Origin: Bacteriovoracales bacterium | GTDB taxonomy: Bacteria; Bdellovibrionota; Bacteriovoracia; Bacteriovoracales; Bacteriovoracaceae | Length of the DNA stretch: 64,000 nt | Direction of reading: 5' to 3' | NCBI GenBank assembly: GCA_030149295.1 | Contig: JASBRV010000119.1 | Location: 5,332-69,331 of the forward strand | Program-made: the position numbers and the translations under genes | Part shown: positions 45,728-53,903 of the stretch, piece by piece | How the letters are laid out: every line of letters begins with the position of its first letter | Position numbering within the stretch: the first letter of the stretch is position 1 | The notes under the pieces: model-generated | What the model was told of the DNA's origin: nothing | Seen by the model: the letters and a program-made list of their open reading frames with translations, nothing else | Databases searched by the model: none

Positions 45728-47203
45728 TTAACGGCGCCTCCGCCTAAATTTCTTTTTGATATCTTCAGTTCCTGCACTTGCTGACTCAACAATCTCGGGT
45801 GTCACAAAAACAACAAACTGGCTTTTTGAATTTGAAAAAGCTTTCGATCGAATAAAGTTAAAAAGAGGACTAGAGCCTTCAATTTCATCTGGTGGAATTT
45901 TATCGTAGTCCGTACTCGACTTATTGACGACAATACCACCAATCACCGCGGATTCTTTAGACTTTACAATGACTTCTGTGGTGACATTATTTGACTGAGT
46001 TGAAGGAGGACTGGTCCCAATATTGGTTGAAATAGTAACATTAAGTTCCATATTGATACGCTCTTCTTGAAGAACTTCAGGCTTTACTTTAACGTTAAAA
46101 GTCGCCGTTGCTTCTTGAGCTTGAGCGAACTCACCAGAGCCAAGGGAAAACCTTCGCGTGTCGGTTTTATTGATCGAGCCATTCTTTTTATCTTTAACAA
46201 GGACAACTCCCGATTGAACGACTCGTGCATACCCAGCTTGCCTGGCGGCATTAAGCTTAGGAAAAAGATTTGAAATGGTGCCACTCAAAGTTCCATCCGA
46301 TCTTGTGGTCACCCCACCATCTTGTGTTCGACCAACACTAATGGTTCCCGAGCCGTTAGAAACGAGAGGTGTCCACTTAAAACCAAAGGTTTTTGAATAA
46401 TCTTTTGTTAACTCAACAAATTGCGCCGTTATTTTTATGAGTTTTTCTAATGGAGGTGGCTCACTTTTCGCATTTACTTGAATAAAGTTTTGAATCGCCG
46501 GTTTTTGAGCCTGGACGATTTGCTGCGTTCTTTCCGCCAAAGAAGCAATTCTGTCTGGATAAAAAGCTTTTGCGATATCTTCAGCCCTTCTCTTTTTTCC
46601 TTCAGAATTAACAATACCTTCCAACCAATAAGTATGATTCACAACCCTAACCGTAACATTGGGAAGTTGATTTTTCTGAATCTCCTCCTGCATCTTTCTC
46701 GCAACAAGCCTTTCCGTCTGAGGAGAAAGTTCAACGAGAAAGAGAACTTCTCCAAACTTTTCTTGATTTAAAACCTTAACAACACGGCCAATTTCTTGGG
46801 GCACAATAATTTCACCACCAACATATATCGTCTCGCCTTTGATACCTATTTCTAGGCCTTCAACATCGCCAATAAAGTCTTTTAATTCTTTAACGAGTCG
46901 AGACTGATCATTTGCCGTAATAGTAATCAAATACTTTGCCTTCACATCTCCAACATTATTACGAAGAGTCACAGATGTTTTTCCTGGCTTAAGCCCTGTA
47001 AATGTAATTTCTCTTTTTTGAGGAATCATCGTAATTCTTAAAAGGGACTCATCACCAATTTGAACTTGAGGATTGGGTGCGAAGTTAAGTTTTTCAATTT
47101 TATCTATACCAAGAATAACCTCGACAGGCTTTTCTTGTACCCCTTGTGAAAAGACCGAAAGCGAAATGATGAAAAAGAGAAAGGGGGTCAGTTTACTTAT
47201 CAA
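45728..47203 (-). CDS. cpaC: Tad pilus outer-membrane secretin CpaC/RcpA
   Basis: 491 aa with a signal peptide. N-terminal pilus-formation domain and a C-terminal secretin domain (…VVFVTPEIV…). Confidence 0.85.
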   Translation of the reverse strand: MISKLTPFLFFIISLSVFSQGVQEKPVEVILGIDKIEKLNFAPNPQVQIGDESLLRITMIPQKREITFTGLKPGKTSVTLRNNVGDVKAKYLITITANDQSRLVKELKDFIGDVEGLEIGIKGETIYVGGEIIVPQEIGRVVKVLNQEKFGEVLFLVELSPQTERLVARKMQEEIQKNQLPNVTVRVVNHTYWLEGIVNSEGKKRRAEDIAKAFYPDRIASLAERTQQIVQAQKPAIQNFIQVNAKSEPPPLEKLIKITAQFVELTKDYSKTFGFKWTPLVSNGSGTISVGRTQDGGVTTRSDGTLSGTISNLFPKLNAARQAGYARVVQSGVVLVKDKKNGSINKTDTRRFSLGSGEFAQAQEATATFNVKVKPEVLQEERINMELNVTISTNIGTSPPSTQSNNVTTEVIVKSKESAVIGGIVVNKSSTDYDKIPPDEIEGSSPLFNFIRSKAFSNSKSQFVVFVTPEIVESASAGTEDIKKKFRRRRR

Positions 47204-47205
47204 GA

Positions 47206-48024
47206 CTAGCGTCCTCCCCTAATTTTCTTTTGCTCTTCAAAGAATTGTTTTGCTTCAGCACGTCCATCTTCTCCGATAACATCAAAAATATCCGTCGACT
47301 TTATCCGAACAATTTTCTTGTCATTGTTATTTCTCAGAGAAAGCCAAGGCTTTGCACCTGTCCAATAAGTAAGAAAAACCAGCTTTTGAGCCTCGTAAGG
47401 AGTAAGCTCTAAAGTAACCGTGTCATAACGATCATAAACCTGTGCTTTCATCGTTCGAATTTCTTTAGGAGTTTTCACCCCGTAAATAGGAATCGCGTTG
47501 GTCATACTCTTTCCCGTCGAAAGGACAAGAACGTCTTGCAAGATGGTACTGGTCTTTTGCATATCTTTTTGACCATTAGAAATGTCTAAGGGCGCCAAAA
47601 TATCAACACGGTCACCTGGTTTAATAAGCTTCGATACCGCCTGCCTTTCGGAGATCTGAATGGCAATGGCCCTTTTACCTATACTCACCTGTCTCGATAA
47701 GCCAGTCTCAGCACCAGGATAGGTTACCCTTGGTTTTGTTATTTGTTCACCGGCCATAATAGGAACAGTTGCCATGGTATTTTCTAGAGCTTTAATTTTA
47801 TTGAAACTTCCAGGTGAGGCGAATGCTTTCGGAACGTTCTTAGCAATCAACATCGTATCATCTAAGAGCTCTAATTCTTTAATATCTCTTTTCGCAACAA
47901 CAACGGAAACTTCGTCACCGTATTTTCGAATGTAATTCGCTTCTTGATCTTCCAGATAGGTGTAGACCATAAAAACGGCAATACCAGCTATAACCAACGC
48001 CAGGGTAAAGGCCCGAGTGTTCAC
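47206..48024 (-). CDS. cpaB: Flp pilus assembly protein CpaB/RcpC (SAF domain)
   Basis: 272 aa with an N-terminal TM helix. SAF-like VVVAKRDI..... segment. Positioned between the pseudopilins and the secretin. Confidence 0.8.
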   Translation of the reverse strand: MNTRAFTLALVIAGIAVFMVYTYLEDQEANYIRKYGDEVSVVVAKRDIKELELLDDTMLIAKNVPKAFASPGSFNKIKALENTMATVPIMAGEQITKPRVTYPGAETGLSRQVSIGKRAIAIQISERQAVSKLIKPGDRVDILAPLDISNGQKDMQKTSTILQDVLVLSTGKSMTNAIPIYGVKTPKEIRTMKAQVYDRYDTVTLELTPYEAQKLVFLTYWTGAKPWLSLRNNNDKKIVRIKSTDIFDVIGEDGRAEAKQFFEEQKKIRGGR

Positions 48025-48109
48025 GCAGTGACTCCTGTTCAGATTCTCGTCAAAGCTAATTTTAACAAAGGGTTATGCTGTGAATCGAAGAAGGGAAAGA
48101 AAATCCCCT

Positions 48110-48640
48110 CTATTCACCGTCAGATATAGCACAAACGTTATTCTGATTATTTGGGTCAGGTTGTCCCTCCCCACCAGCATTGGGAATTATCCATCTTTGG
48201 CCCGCTCTTGTATAAAAAGCTCCGCAAATACCATAGGCCGTATAAACTCTGACATAAGAGGTCTGTCTTTCACCGCTATTAGGCTCTTCACAGTCCTCCT
48301 GATCTGAATCAGAAAAGAGTGAGTTAAAGCGAAAACAAGGAGCAACAGGGGACGTTCCCCCCTCCAATTTATCTGCGTAACCAATCATACTTGCCCCCAC
48401 TCGCATTACACCCGAGGTATAAGTATCAAGTTCAAATTGAGATGGAATATAACTGTTTCCTTTCGTCAGAAAGTAATAATAACGTCTAGTTACCTTTTGT
48501 TGATTAATAGAAACATTAATTGAATTTCCAACATTGAATATTAAAGTATAGAGAAAGATCAAAATAGGCATGAACACAAGGAGCTCAAATATCGCTTGAC
48601 CCTCTTCCCGTTTTTTTCTTTTTTTAACATCCATTATCAA
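48110..48640 (-). CDS. TadE/TadG-like pseudopilin
   Basis: 176 aa. N-terminal EEG|QAIFELLVFMPIL prepilin-like segment (G-x4-E-F/Y). Confidence 0.7.
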   Translation of the reverse strand: MIMDVKKRKKREEGQAIFELLVFMPILIFLYTLIFNVGNSINVSINQQKVTRRYYYFLTKGNSYIPSQFELDTYTSGVMRVGASMIGYADKLEGGTSPVAPCFRFNSLFSDSDQEDCEEPNSGERQTSYVRVYTAYGICGAFYTRAGQRWIIPNAGGEGQPDPNNQNNVCAISDGE

Positions 48641-49148
48641 ATACCGTCGAATGCCTTACACAACCAGCTCCACCAACATCTTCTAAAGAAGCACAAATTT
48701 GATAAAAGCATTCTGCCCTCGTCGGCTCCATTCCCAAGTAAGATTCGGAAACCATCGGAATCTCAATTTTTGCATTAGATCCAGGTATCGCTATATTTTC
48801 GGTGAACTCAACCCTTGGACCGATATAAAGATTTCTCGCCCGTGTTTGTCTACTCGCAGGCTCTTCAAACTCAATCGTATTAGGAAAGTTTGGCATGAGT
48901 ACATCGAGTTTATAACTATTAAAAACATCCGTAGCCTGCTTTCTCGCTTCAGAGTCTGATCCATCAGGAGTATTAGAGTTTCTTTCACCTACCATGTAAG
49001 CCCTTGATGCTTGAAAAGTAGCATAATGAATTAAGTAGCCATTGGTGTAAACGACGGCAAGCCTCAAAAAGGCAAAAATAAACCCCAAAGCAATAGCAAA
49101 GCTAAAGAGAAATTCTATCGTTGATTGTCCATCTTCGTTTTTTATCAA
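48624..49148 (-). CDS. TadE-like pseudopilin
   Basis: 174 aa. N-terminal NEDG|QSTIEFLFSFAIAL segment. Confidence 0.75.
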   Translation of the reverse strand: MIKNEDGQSTIEFLFSFAIALGFIFAFLRLAVVYTNGYLIHYATFQASRAYMVGERNSNTPDGSDSEARKQATDVFNSYKLDVLMPNFPNTIEFEEPASRQTRARNLYIGPRVEFTENIAIPGSNAKIEIPMVSESYLGMEPTRAECFYQICASLEDVGGAGCVRHSTVFDNGC

Positions 49149-49160
49149 TTCTATGCCTTA

Positions 49161-49487
49161 TTAATTGTCTGGATAGTTCGACTGATCTGTGAAACCAAAA
49201 AACCGTGAAGTTGATCCATCTGGTTGTGCAAAAGAAGGATGATCATCTGGTGGAACAGAAGGAACATTATTACCAATATCTACTTTAGTGGCATATCGAT
49301 AACTCATAGAGACTCTCTCTGCCACAGTTTGAAAAAATGCAGAATCTTCACCAAAAAATTGTTGAAAGGTATCCGAGCGAAATACGGAAAAGAAAAGAGA
49401 TGTTACTACGGCTAGTAAAAGAATATATTCGACAGTCGACTGCCCGACCTCATTTTTTATTTTACTAAATCTCTTATCATATCCCAT
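49161..49487 (-). CDS. TadE-like pseudopilin (small)
   Basis: About 108 aa, starting from the internal ATG at 49487. N-terminal NEVG|QSTVEYILLLAVV segment. Confidence 0.7.
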   Translation of the reverse strand: MGYDKRFSKIKNEVGQSTVEYILLLAVVTSLFFSVFRSDTFQQFFGEDSAFFQTVAERVSMSYRYATKVDIGNNVPSVPPDDHPSFAQPDGSTSRFFGFTDQSNYPDN

Positions 49488-49969
49488 GAAAAAGCCACCC
49501 AAGAAATTGCGATCACCGGAGCATAAGCAAATTTAGTACCGTAAACACTCTTTATACCCGGAACATTCATAACCCTAACCGCAGCTAACAGTTTATCAAA
49601 GTTTTTAGCCGTGTTGTAGATTAAGAGGTACAAACCTATAGCAATAGTTGAGTAAATCAGTTTAAGAAAAAAGAGTTCATGAAAACTTTCTGGTACTAAC
49701 AAAAAGAAAGAAAAAAGAAACTTTGAATCCCCCCCCCCCATTATTTTAAGAGTGAAAAGGATGAAACCAACTCCAAGAAAGACCAAAGGATAAAAGAAAG
49801 TTGAAAAGGTAAAAGAATAGAGAGTAGGGAAAACAAAGAGACAGGCTAAAAATAAAACTATATTGAGAAGTGACCAATAGTTAGAAATCTTTCGATACTT
49901 AATGTCTATATAGGAAGCAATGGCTAGCTCTGCTCCTAAAAAAAGCAATAAAACGAGCGGGAACTTCAA
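49457..49969 (-). CDS. tadV: prepilin peptidase TadV/CpaA (A24 aspartyl peptidase)
   Basis: 170 aa polytopic protein. First Asp in SYIDIKYRKI and second Asp in the MGGGDSKF motif. Confidence 0.85.
   Translation of the reverse strand: MKFPLVLLLFLGAELAIASYIDIKYRKISNYWSLLNIVLFLACLFVFPTLYSFTFSTFFYPLVFLGVGFILFTLKIMGGGDSKFLFSFFLLVPESFHELFFLKLIYSTIAIGLYLLIYNTAKNFDKLLAAVRVMNVPGIKSVYGTKFAYAPVIAISWVAFSWDMIRDLVK
49729..49739 (-). repeat. G11 homopolymer (C11 on the + strand) inside tadV
   Basis: The coding strand reads ATG GGG GGG GGG GAT, encoding M-G-G-G-D of the catalytic motif. This is the longest G/C run I found in the window. Confidence 0.9.
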
Positions 49970-50184
49970 TTAAATATCCCATTTTGATAACTTCTAAAAA
50001 AACATTCTGATTCACAAACACCAGTCGTTAGCTCTTGAGTGAGGACAAAACCCAAACTTTTGACAGAGTCTTTTATACCCCCTCCGATAGTTTGCGCTAG
50101 GCCAACACCAATAAGAGACATAAAAGCAAATATCAAAATATACTCAATGGTCGCTTGACCTCGTGAGTTTGTAAGATTTTTCAT
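49966..50184 (-). CDS. flp: Flp-family type IVb pilin (second copy, two C-terminal Cys)
   Basis: 72 aa. Processing motif SRG|QATIEYILIFAF. Confidence 0.8.
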   Translation of the reverse strand: MKNLTNSRGQATIEYILIFAFMSLIGVGLAQTIGGGIKDSVKSLGFVLTQELTTGVCESECFFRSYQNGIFN

Positions 50185-50310
50185 GAATGTAGGATATCAA
50201 AAAATGAGACGCGTTTAAACGCAGGAAGATAAATCTCCGATAAATTTGAAGAAATCTGAGTTGAAAGGAATTAAAAAGAAGAGAACCCAAAAATAGAGAG
50301 AACTCTTCCT

Positions 50311-50502
50311 TTAATTTCCGTTAAGCTCGTTAGTCCAGGAATCGGCACCATCAAAGACTTTGTCCGTTAAATCACCAAGTCTCTGCGTTGCCTTCTCCTT
50401 AAACTTGAAAACGATCAATGCCACAACCGCAACCAATAGAATATATTCGGTTGAAGTTTGCCCGTCCTCATCCTTTAAGAAAGCAATAATTTGGTTTTTC
50501 AT
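50311..50502 (-). CDS. flp: Flp-family type IVb pilin
   Basis: 63 aa. Processing motif DEDG|QTSTEYILLVAVVAL. Confidence 0.85.
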   Translation of the reverse strand: MKNQIIAFLKDEDGQTSTEYILLVAVVALIVFKFKEKATQRLGDLTDKVFDGADSWTNELNGN

Positions 50503-50595
50503 ACTCTGCTCCTAAAATTCCTCTGTAACAAGTTATCGGATTAACTAGCCTATAACTTGAGCTTTTTTCCCTCCTAGAAAGTGCTTTACTCTACT

Positions 50596-50623
50596 ATTAT
50601 AGGCCATAACTGCTGCATCGCAA
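50596..50623 (-). promoter_or_regulatory. candidate sigma-70 promoter of the flp/tad operon
   Basis: Reverse strand: TTGCGA, 16-nt spacer, TATAAT. Lies about 95 nt upstream of the flp ATG. Confidence 0.4.
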
Positions 50624-50952
50624 AATAAATAGCTTTTTATATTAATTTCGATGAGTTATCTAGGTTATGGTAGTTTATTTCTATTGAATAACGCGTTATT
50701 TTCAGGCATATTAGTAAGTGGGCTTTGTGGTTGGCATACAGTATTTCGCCCTACAAAAACTACCAAGGAAGCGGTCCCTGGCCATGGTGAGCAAGCTCAC
50801 AAAGCTTTTGAGCTGAAAGTGAGAAGCCTAAAATGGTTACTAACTGCGTCCACCTGTCAAATGATGGGCGGAAACTTGAAGCCAGCAAAGCCCACCCTTT
50901 TTCTTTTCCCCGTAAAATTGACATCTTGCCCCCTTAAAATCATCATTAACAT

Positions 50953-51495
50953 ATGGAGAATCTTACAAATAGCCCTAGCCTTGGGTCTGAGAATTGGGCA
51001 ACCTGGATTGAAAACTTAGCTATTGAAGAAGTTAATATGGCAGAATCAGGGGTCATAGATATTCATGAGCATCTCAATCCTATCCATTTTTTAGAGGAAT
51101 CATCCATTGAGTTTATGAATGATATGAGAGATCTCGTTGAAAGATTCATTGCACGCTTTAATGAATATCGCGGTCACCAATCAAGCCAACATATTAAGAT
51201 TTTCAAAATTTCTAATACTGTTAACGATTTCATGTTATTTCGTAATTCTTTGAGACTCATTTTTGCTCGTAAAGCTAATGACCTTATAAGTATTGCCTTT
51301 ATTACTAATGGTAAGGACCTCCTAGCTCCAAGACTTCAAGCTCATGACTCTTTCGGAATGGAAGGTGTTCATGAAATAAGAGCCCACCTTGGCCCATTTA
51401 ATAAAATTACTTGGCGCTTTCAAGGGGAGATTATCGATAAAGAAGCGATGGTGAAACACTACCTTACAGAATTTATTAAGCAATCAGCTCAGTAA
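50953..51495 (+). CDS. hypothetical cytoplasmic protein
   Basis: 180 aa ORF. ATG 51037 is an alternative start. No family recognised and the RBS is poor for both starts. Confidence 0.5.
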   Translation: MENLTNSPSLGSENWATWIENLAIEEVNMAESGVIDIHEHLNPIHFLEESSIEFMNDMRDLVERFIARFNEYRGHQSSQHIKIFKISNTVNDFMLFRNSLRLIFARKANDLISIAFITNGKDLLAPRLQAHDSFGMEGVHEIRAHLGPFNKITWRFQGEIIDKEAMVKHYLTEFIKQSAQ

Positions 51496-51504
51496 TGAGA
51501 AGGC

Positions 51505-52539
51505 TTAAATAAACTTCACACCTTCGCTACCTTTTCCTACACCTTTTTTAGTCAAAATTCCGCCTAAGCGTTGGTAGGTAAACTGAAGAGACTCTTTGAT
51601 TGAAGGCAAATTTACATTGAGAAAGCCTTCGATATTGGAAGTATCCAGCTTAAAATACATCTGTTCTCCAACCTGTGAAGTCGTAGCAGACTTGCTATAG
51701 GGGAAAGACCACCTTCCCTTTGAGAAGCGGTCTTTGGCAACATCAAAAACCTCTGAATAATGAAGGCAAAAGTCATAAAGACTTCCAATATCACTACTTG
51801 AAACCTGAAAAAGCCTATTCGTAACACCAGAATCAAAACTCATCTTAATGAGCATCCCAAGATAGAAAATATCCAAAAACCCCGTGTGAATAAAAGCGTC
51901 CATCTGGGCGGCCTTATTATTAGCGAGGGCTCTTTGCAGGTTCTCAAACCAAGTGGGCCGAGTCGGATTAATGGCTCGACCATAAAGTCGGCAACATCTG
52001 AAGATTAAATAATTAAGAGATGTCTTTTGAAGATAAAACTCTGCTGCTGCTTGAGTTTTTCCATAGGTGGTTATCCCGTCAGGAATATCCATTTCAAAGT
52101 AATTCTTCTTCTCACCTGAAAAAATAAAACCTGAACTTATATAGACGATCTGGGACTTATACCTCTGGCAATATTCTGCGACGTTAAAAAGTCCAGAAGA
52201 GTTAAGAGCATCAGCCCTCTCCTCGTTCTCATGACAATCGACAATGGAGGATACACCTGCGCAATAAATGACAAAGTCGGGCTTAAAGGCGAAAAGAATC
52301 AACTGCACCTCTTCTTTTGCCAGTACATCACAAGGGATCGTCAAAACGCCATTAATGCGAACTGAGTTTTTATGATAAGTGCCAATAACTTTATAATCTT
52401 TTTTGAAAAACTCCGCGAGGTTTGATCCAATAAAAGAAGAAATCCCAAAAATGACAATTGTCTTTTTGGTATTCTCCCTTAACTCCTCAAGAAGTTTTTC
52501 TTTTGCGAGTTCTTTATCTTTTTTCGACCTTTTCGTCAT
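51505..52539 (-). CDS. NAD-dependent epimerase/dehydratase-family (RmlD-like) protein with a K/E-rich N-terminal extension
   Basis: 344 aa. IFGISSFIGSNL Rossmann motif, YGKTQ resembling YxxxK, and an extended-SDR pattern. Lies next to the flagellin genes, so it may be a flagellin glycosylation enzyme. Confidence 0.7.
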   Translation of the reverse strand: MTKRSKKDKELAKEKLLEELRENTKKTIVIFGISSFIGSNLAEFFKKDYKVIGTYHKNSVRINGVLTIPCDVLAKEEVQLILFAFKPDFVIYCAGVSSIVDCHENEERADALNSSGLFNVAEYCQRYKSQIVYISSGFIFSGEKKNYFEMDIPDGITTYGKTQAAAEFYLQKTSLNYLIFRCCRLYGRAINPTRPTWFENLQRALANNKAAQMDAFIHTGFLDIFYLGMLIKMSFDSGVTNRLFQVSSSDIGSLYDFCLHYSEVFDVAKDRFSKGRWSFPYSKSATTSQVGEQMYFKLDTSNIEGFLNVNLPSIKESLQFTYQRLGGILTKKGVGKGSEGVKFI

Positions 52540-52792
52540 ACCTCATTTTAACAGGTGCGTGATACTTTTTAAGACGGGGTGCAAAAAAGTCTCTTCCAAA
52601 AGGTGCCAAGTTGTTTTTGGGGGGTGGTGGTTATTTGCTTGAAATTCTTCCTTCGAGCGCTTCACTCAAACCGCCGGAATACCCTACGGGCATTTGTCGG
52701 TTTATCGTTTCGCTTTTGGGGTTTGCTGTGATTCATAGTTGGGTATCCAGCTTCGGCTCCTGCCTTCGCCTGGATACATTCATCCTGAATGC

Positions 52793-52829
52793 AAAAAAAC
52801 GCCCATGCTTCATCCGAAGCGGTGGGCGT
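52793..52829 (-). terminator. intrinsic terminator of flagellin gene 1
   Basis: On the minus RNA: ACGCCCA-CC-GCUUC-GGAU-GAAGC-A-UGGGCGU followed by U7. Confidence 0.8.
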
Positions 52830-52847
52830 ATAAAAAGAAAGTAAATT

Positions 52848-53681
52848 TTAACCAATCAATTTGAGGGCTGCTGTACCAGACTGATTTGCTTGCGCTAACA
52901 CAGAAGTACCCGCTTGGACGAGAATGTTATTCTTCGCCAGGTCCGCAGTTTCTGCGGCCACGTCCACGTCTCGAATTCGAGACTTAGCAGCACTTAGGTT
53001 CTCATCACTAATCGCTAAATTGTTAACGGTCGATGATAACCTGTTCTGAGTCGCACCAAGTTCAGCTCGTACACCGTTAATTTGAACCAAGGCATCGTCC
53101 AGCTTTTTAAGACTGACCTGTGCCCCCTCTTTGGTCGTAACGGTTTCGCCAGCAAGTCCAAGTGATGCAAGTGTTGCATTAGCTTTTGTCCCATCATAGC
53201 GCAAACGATCCAGTACTGGGTCATTGTGAACTCCAACTTGGAATTCCAACATTCCCCCTGTTCCATCGAGTAACGGAATTCCGTTAAACTCTGCGGACTT
53301 TGAGATCCTGTCGATTTCCTCTTTGAGCTGTTGAAACTCAATGTCGGAGAATCCTCTCTCAGTTGCCCCAACTGTATCCGAAGCTGCTTGTACAGAGAGT
53401 TCTCTAAGACGAATGATAATGTTAGAAATCTCACTTAAGCCCCCTTCGGCCGTTTGTATCATAGAAATAGCGTCGTTGGCGTTTCTTTTCGCCTGTCTAT
53501 TTCCTCTAATTATTGCTTTTAAGTTTTCACTAATTGCTAAACCTGCAGCGTCGTCACTTGCTCGCGTAATTCTCTCTCCCGAAGATAACTTCCTCAGGTT
53601 GTCATTCAGCTTTCTATTCGTGTTACCTAAAGATCGCTGTGCCGAGATTGACGGCGTGTTGGTGTTAATTCGTAGTCCCAT
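52848..53681 (-). CDS. fliC: flagellin
   Basis: 277 aa. MGLRINTN... N-terminus, conserved D0/D1 segments, and C-terminal ...LAQANQ....L.LIG. AAGGAG RBS. Confidence 0.93.
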   Translation of the reverse strand: MGLRINTNTPSISAQRSLGNTNRKLNDNLRKLSSGERITRASDDAAGLAISENLKAIIRGNRQAKRNANDAISMIQTAEGGLSEISNIIIRLRELSVQAASDTVGATERGFSDIEFQQLKEEIDRISKSAEFNGIPLLDGTGGMLEFQVGVHNDPVLDRLRYDGTKANATLASLGLAGETVTTKEGAQVSLKKLDDALVQINGVRAELGATQNRLSSTVNNLAISDENLSAAKSRIRDVDVAAETADLAKNNILVQAGTSVLAQANQSGTAALKLIG

Positions 53682-53903
53682 GACTAATCTCCTTCAAACA
53701 TCTCTTACCTCCTGTAAATTGTCGCGGTCATCATGTCCGCCAAATTGTTAATAATAGTTTTCATGCAGTTTCGATTAAACCAACTTTCTTTTTTTATGCG
53801 TCATGTGTTTCGGCAACTCTCTATTGCAGGCTAGATTGTTGCTTTACTGTAATCATCCATTTGGTCCTAACATTACGTTCTCCATTTCGTTAATTATTCA
53901 GGC

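Noticed and set aside
50651-51019. 122-aa plus-strand ORF in the flp upstream region
   Set aside because: No RBS and an odd composition. It overlaps a region that folds into a long closing helix with its own promoter-like signals. I treated it as non-coding (see the candidate sRNA finding).
52590-52606. TGGCAC on the minus strand upstream of the epimerase gene, considered as a third sigma-54 promoter
   Set aside because: The sequence is TGGCAC-CTTTT-GGAA. The essential GC of the -12 element is missing at the correct spacing.
52660-52735. Possible GEMM-I c-di-GMP riboswitch (CACAGCAAACC...GCGAAAC...ACAAATGCC resembles GGCAAA...GNRA...ACGCAAAGC)
   Set aside because: I could not form the required P1/P2 stem around a GNRA tetraloop, and the ACGCAAAGC core is imperfect. 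The resemblance is probably superficial. Only an Infernal scan could rescue it.
52743-52777. SRP (4.5S) RNA-like hairpin CCAGGCGAAGGCAGGAGCCGAAGCUGG
   Set aside because: It lacks the conserved domain IV GGAA tetraloop with flanking AGCA/GGA symmetric-loop motifs, and it is too short.
52611-52844. 77-aa plus-strand ORF (TTG start) between the epimerase and flagellin genes
   Set aside because: It starts in a G-run, is antisense to the flagellin terminator, has no RBS and translates to low-complexity sequence. The region is better explained as structured RNA.
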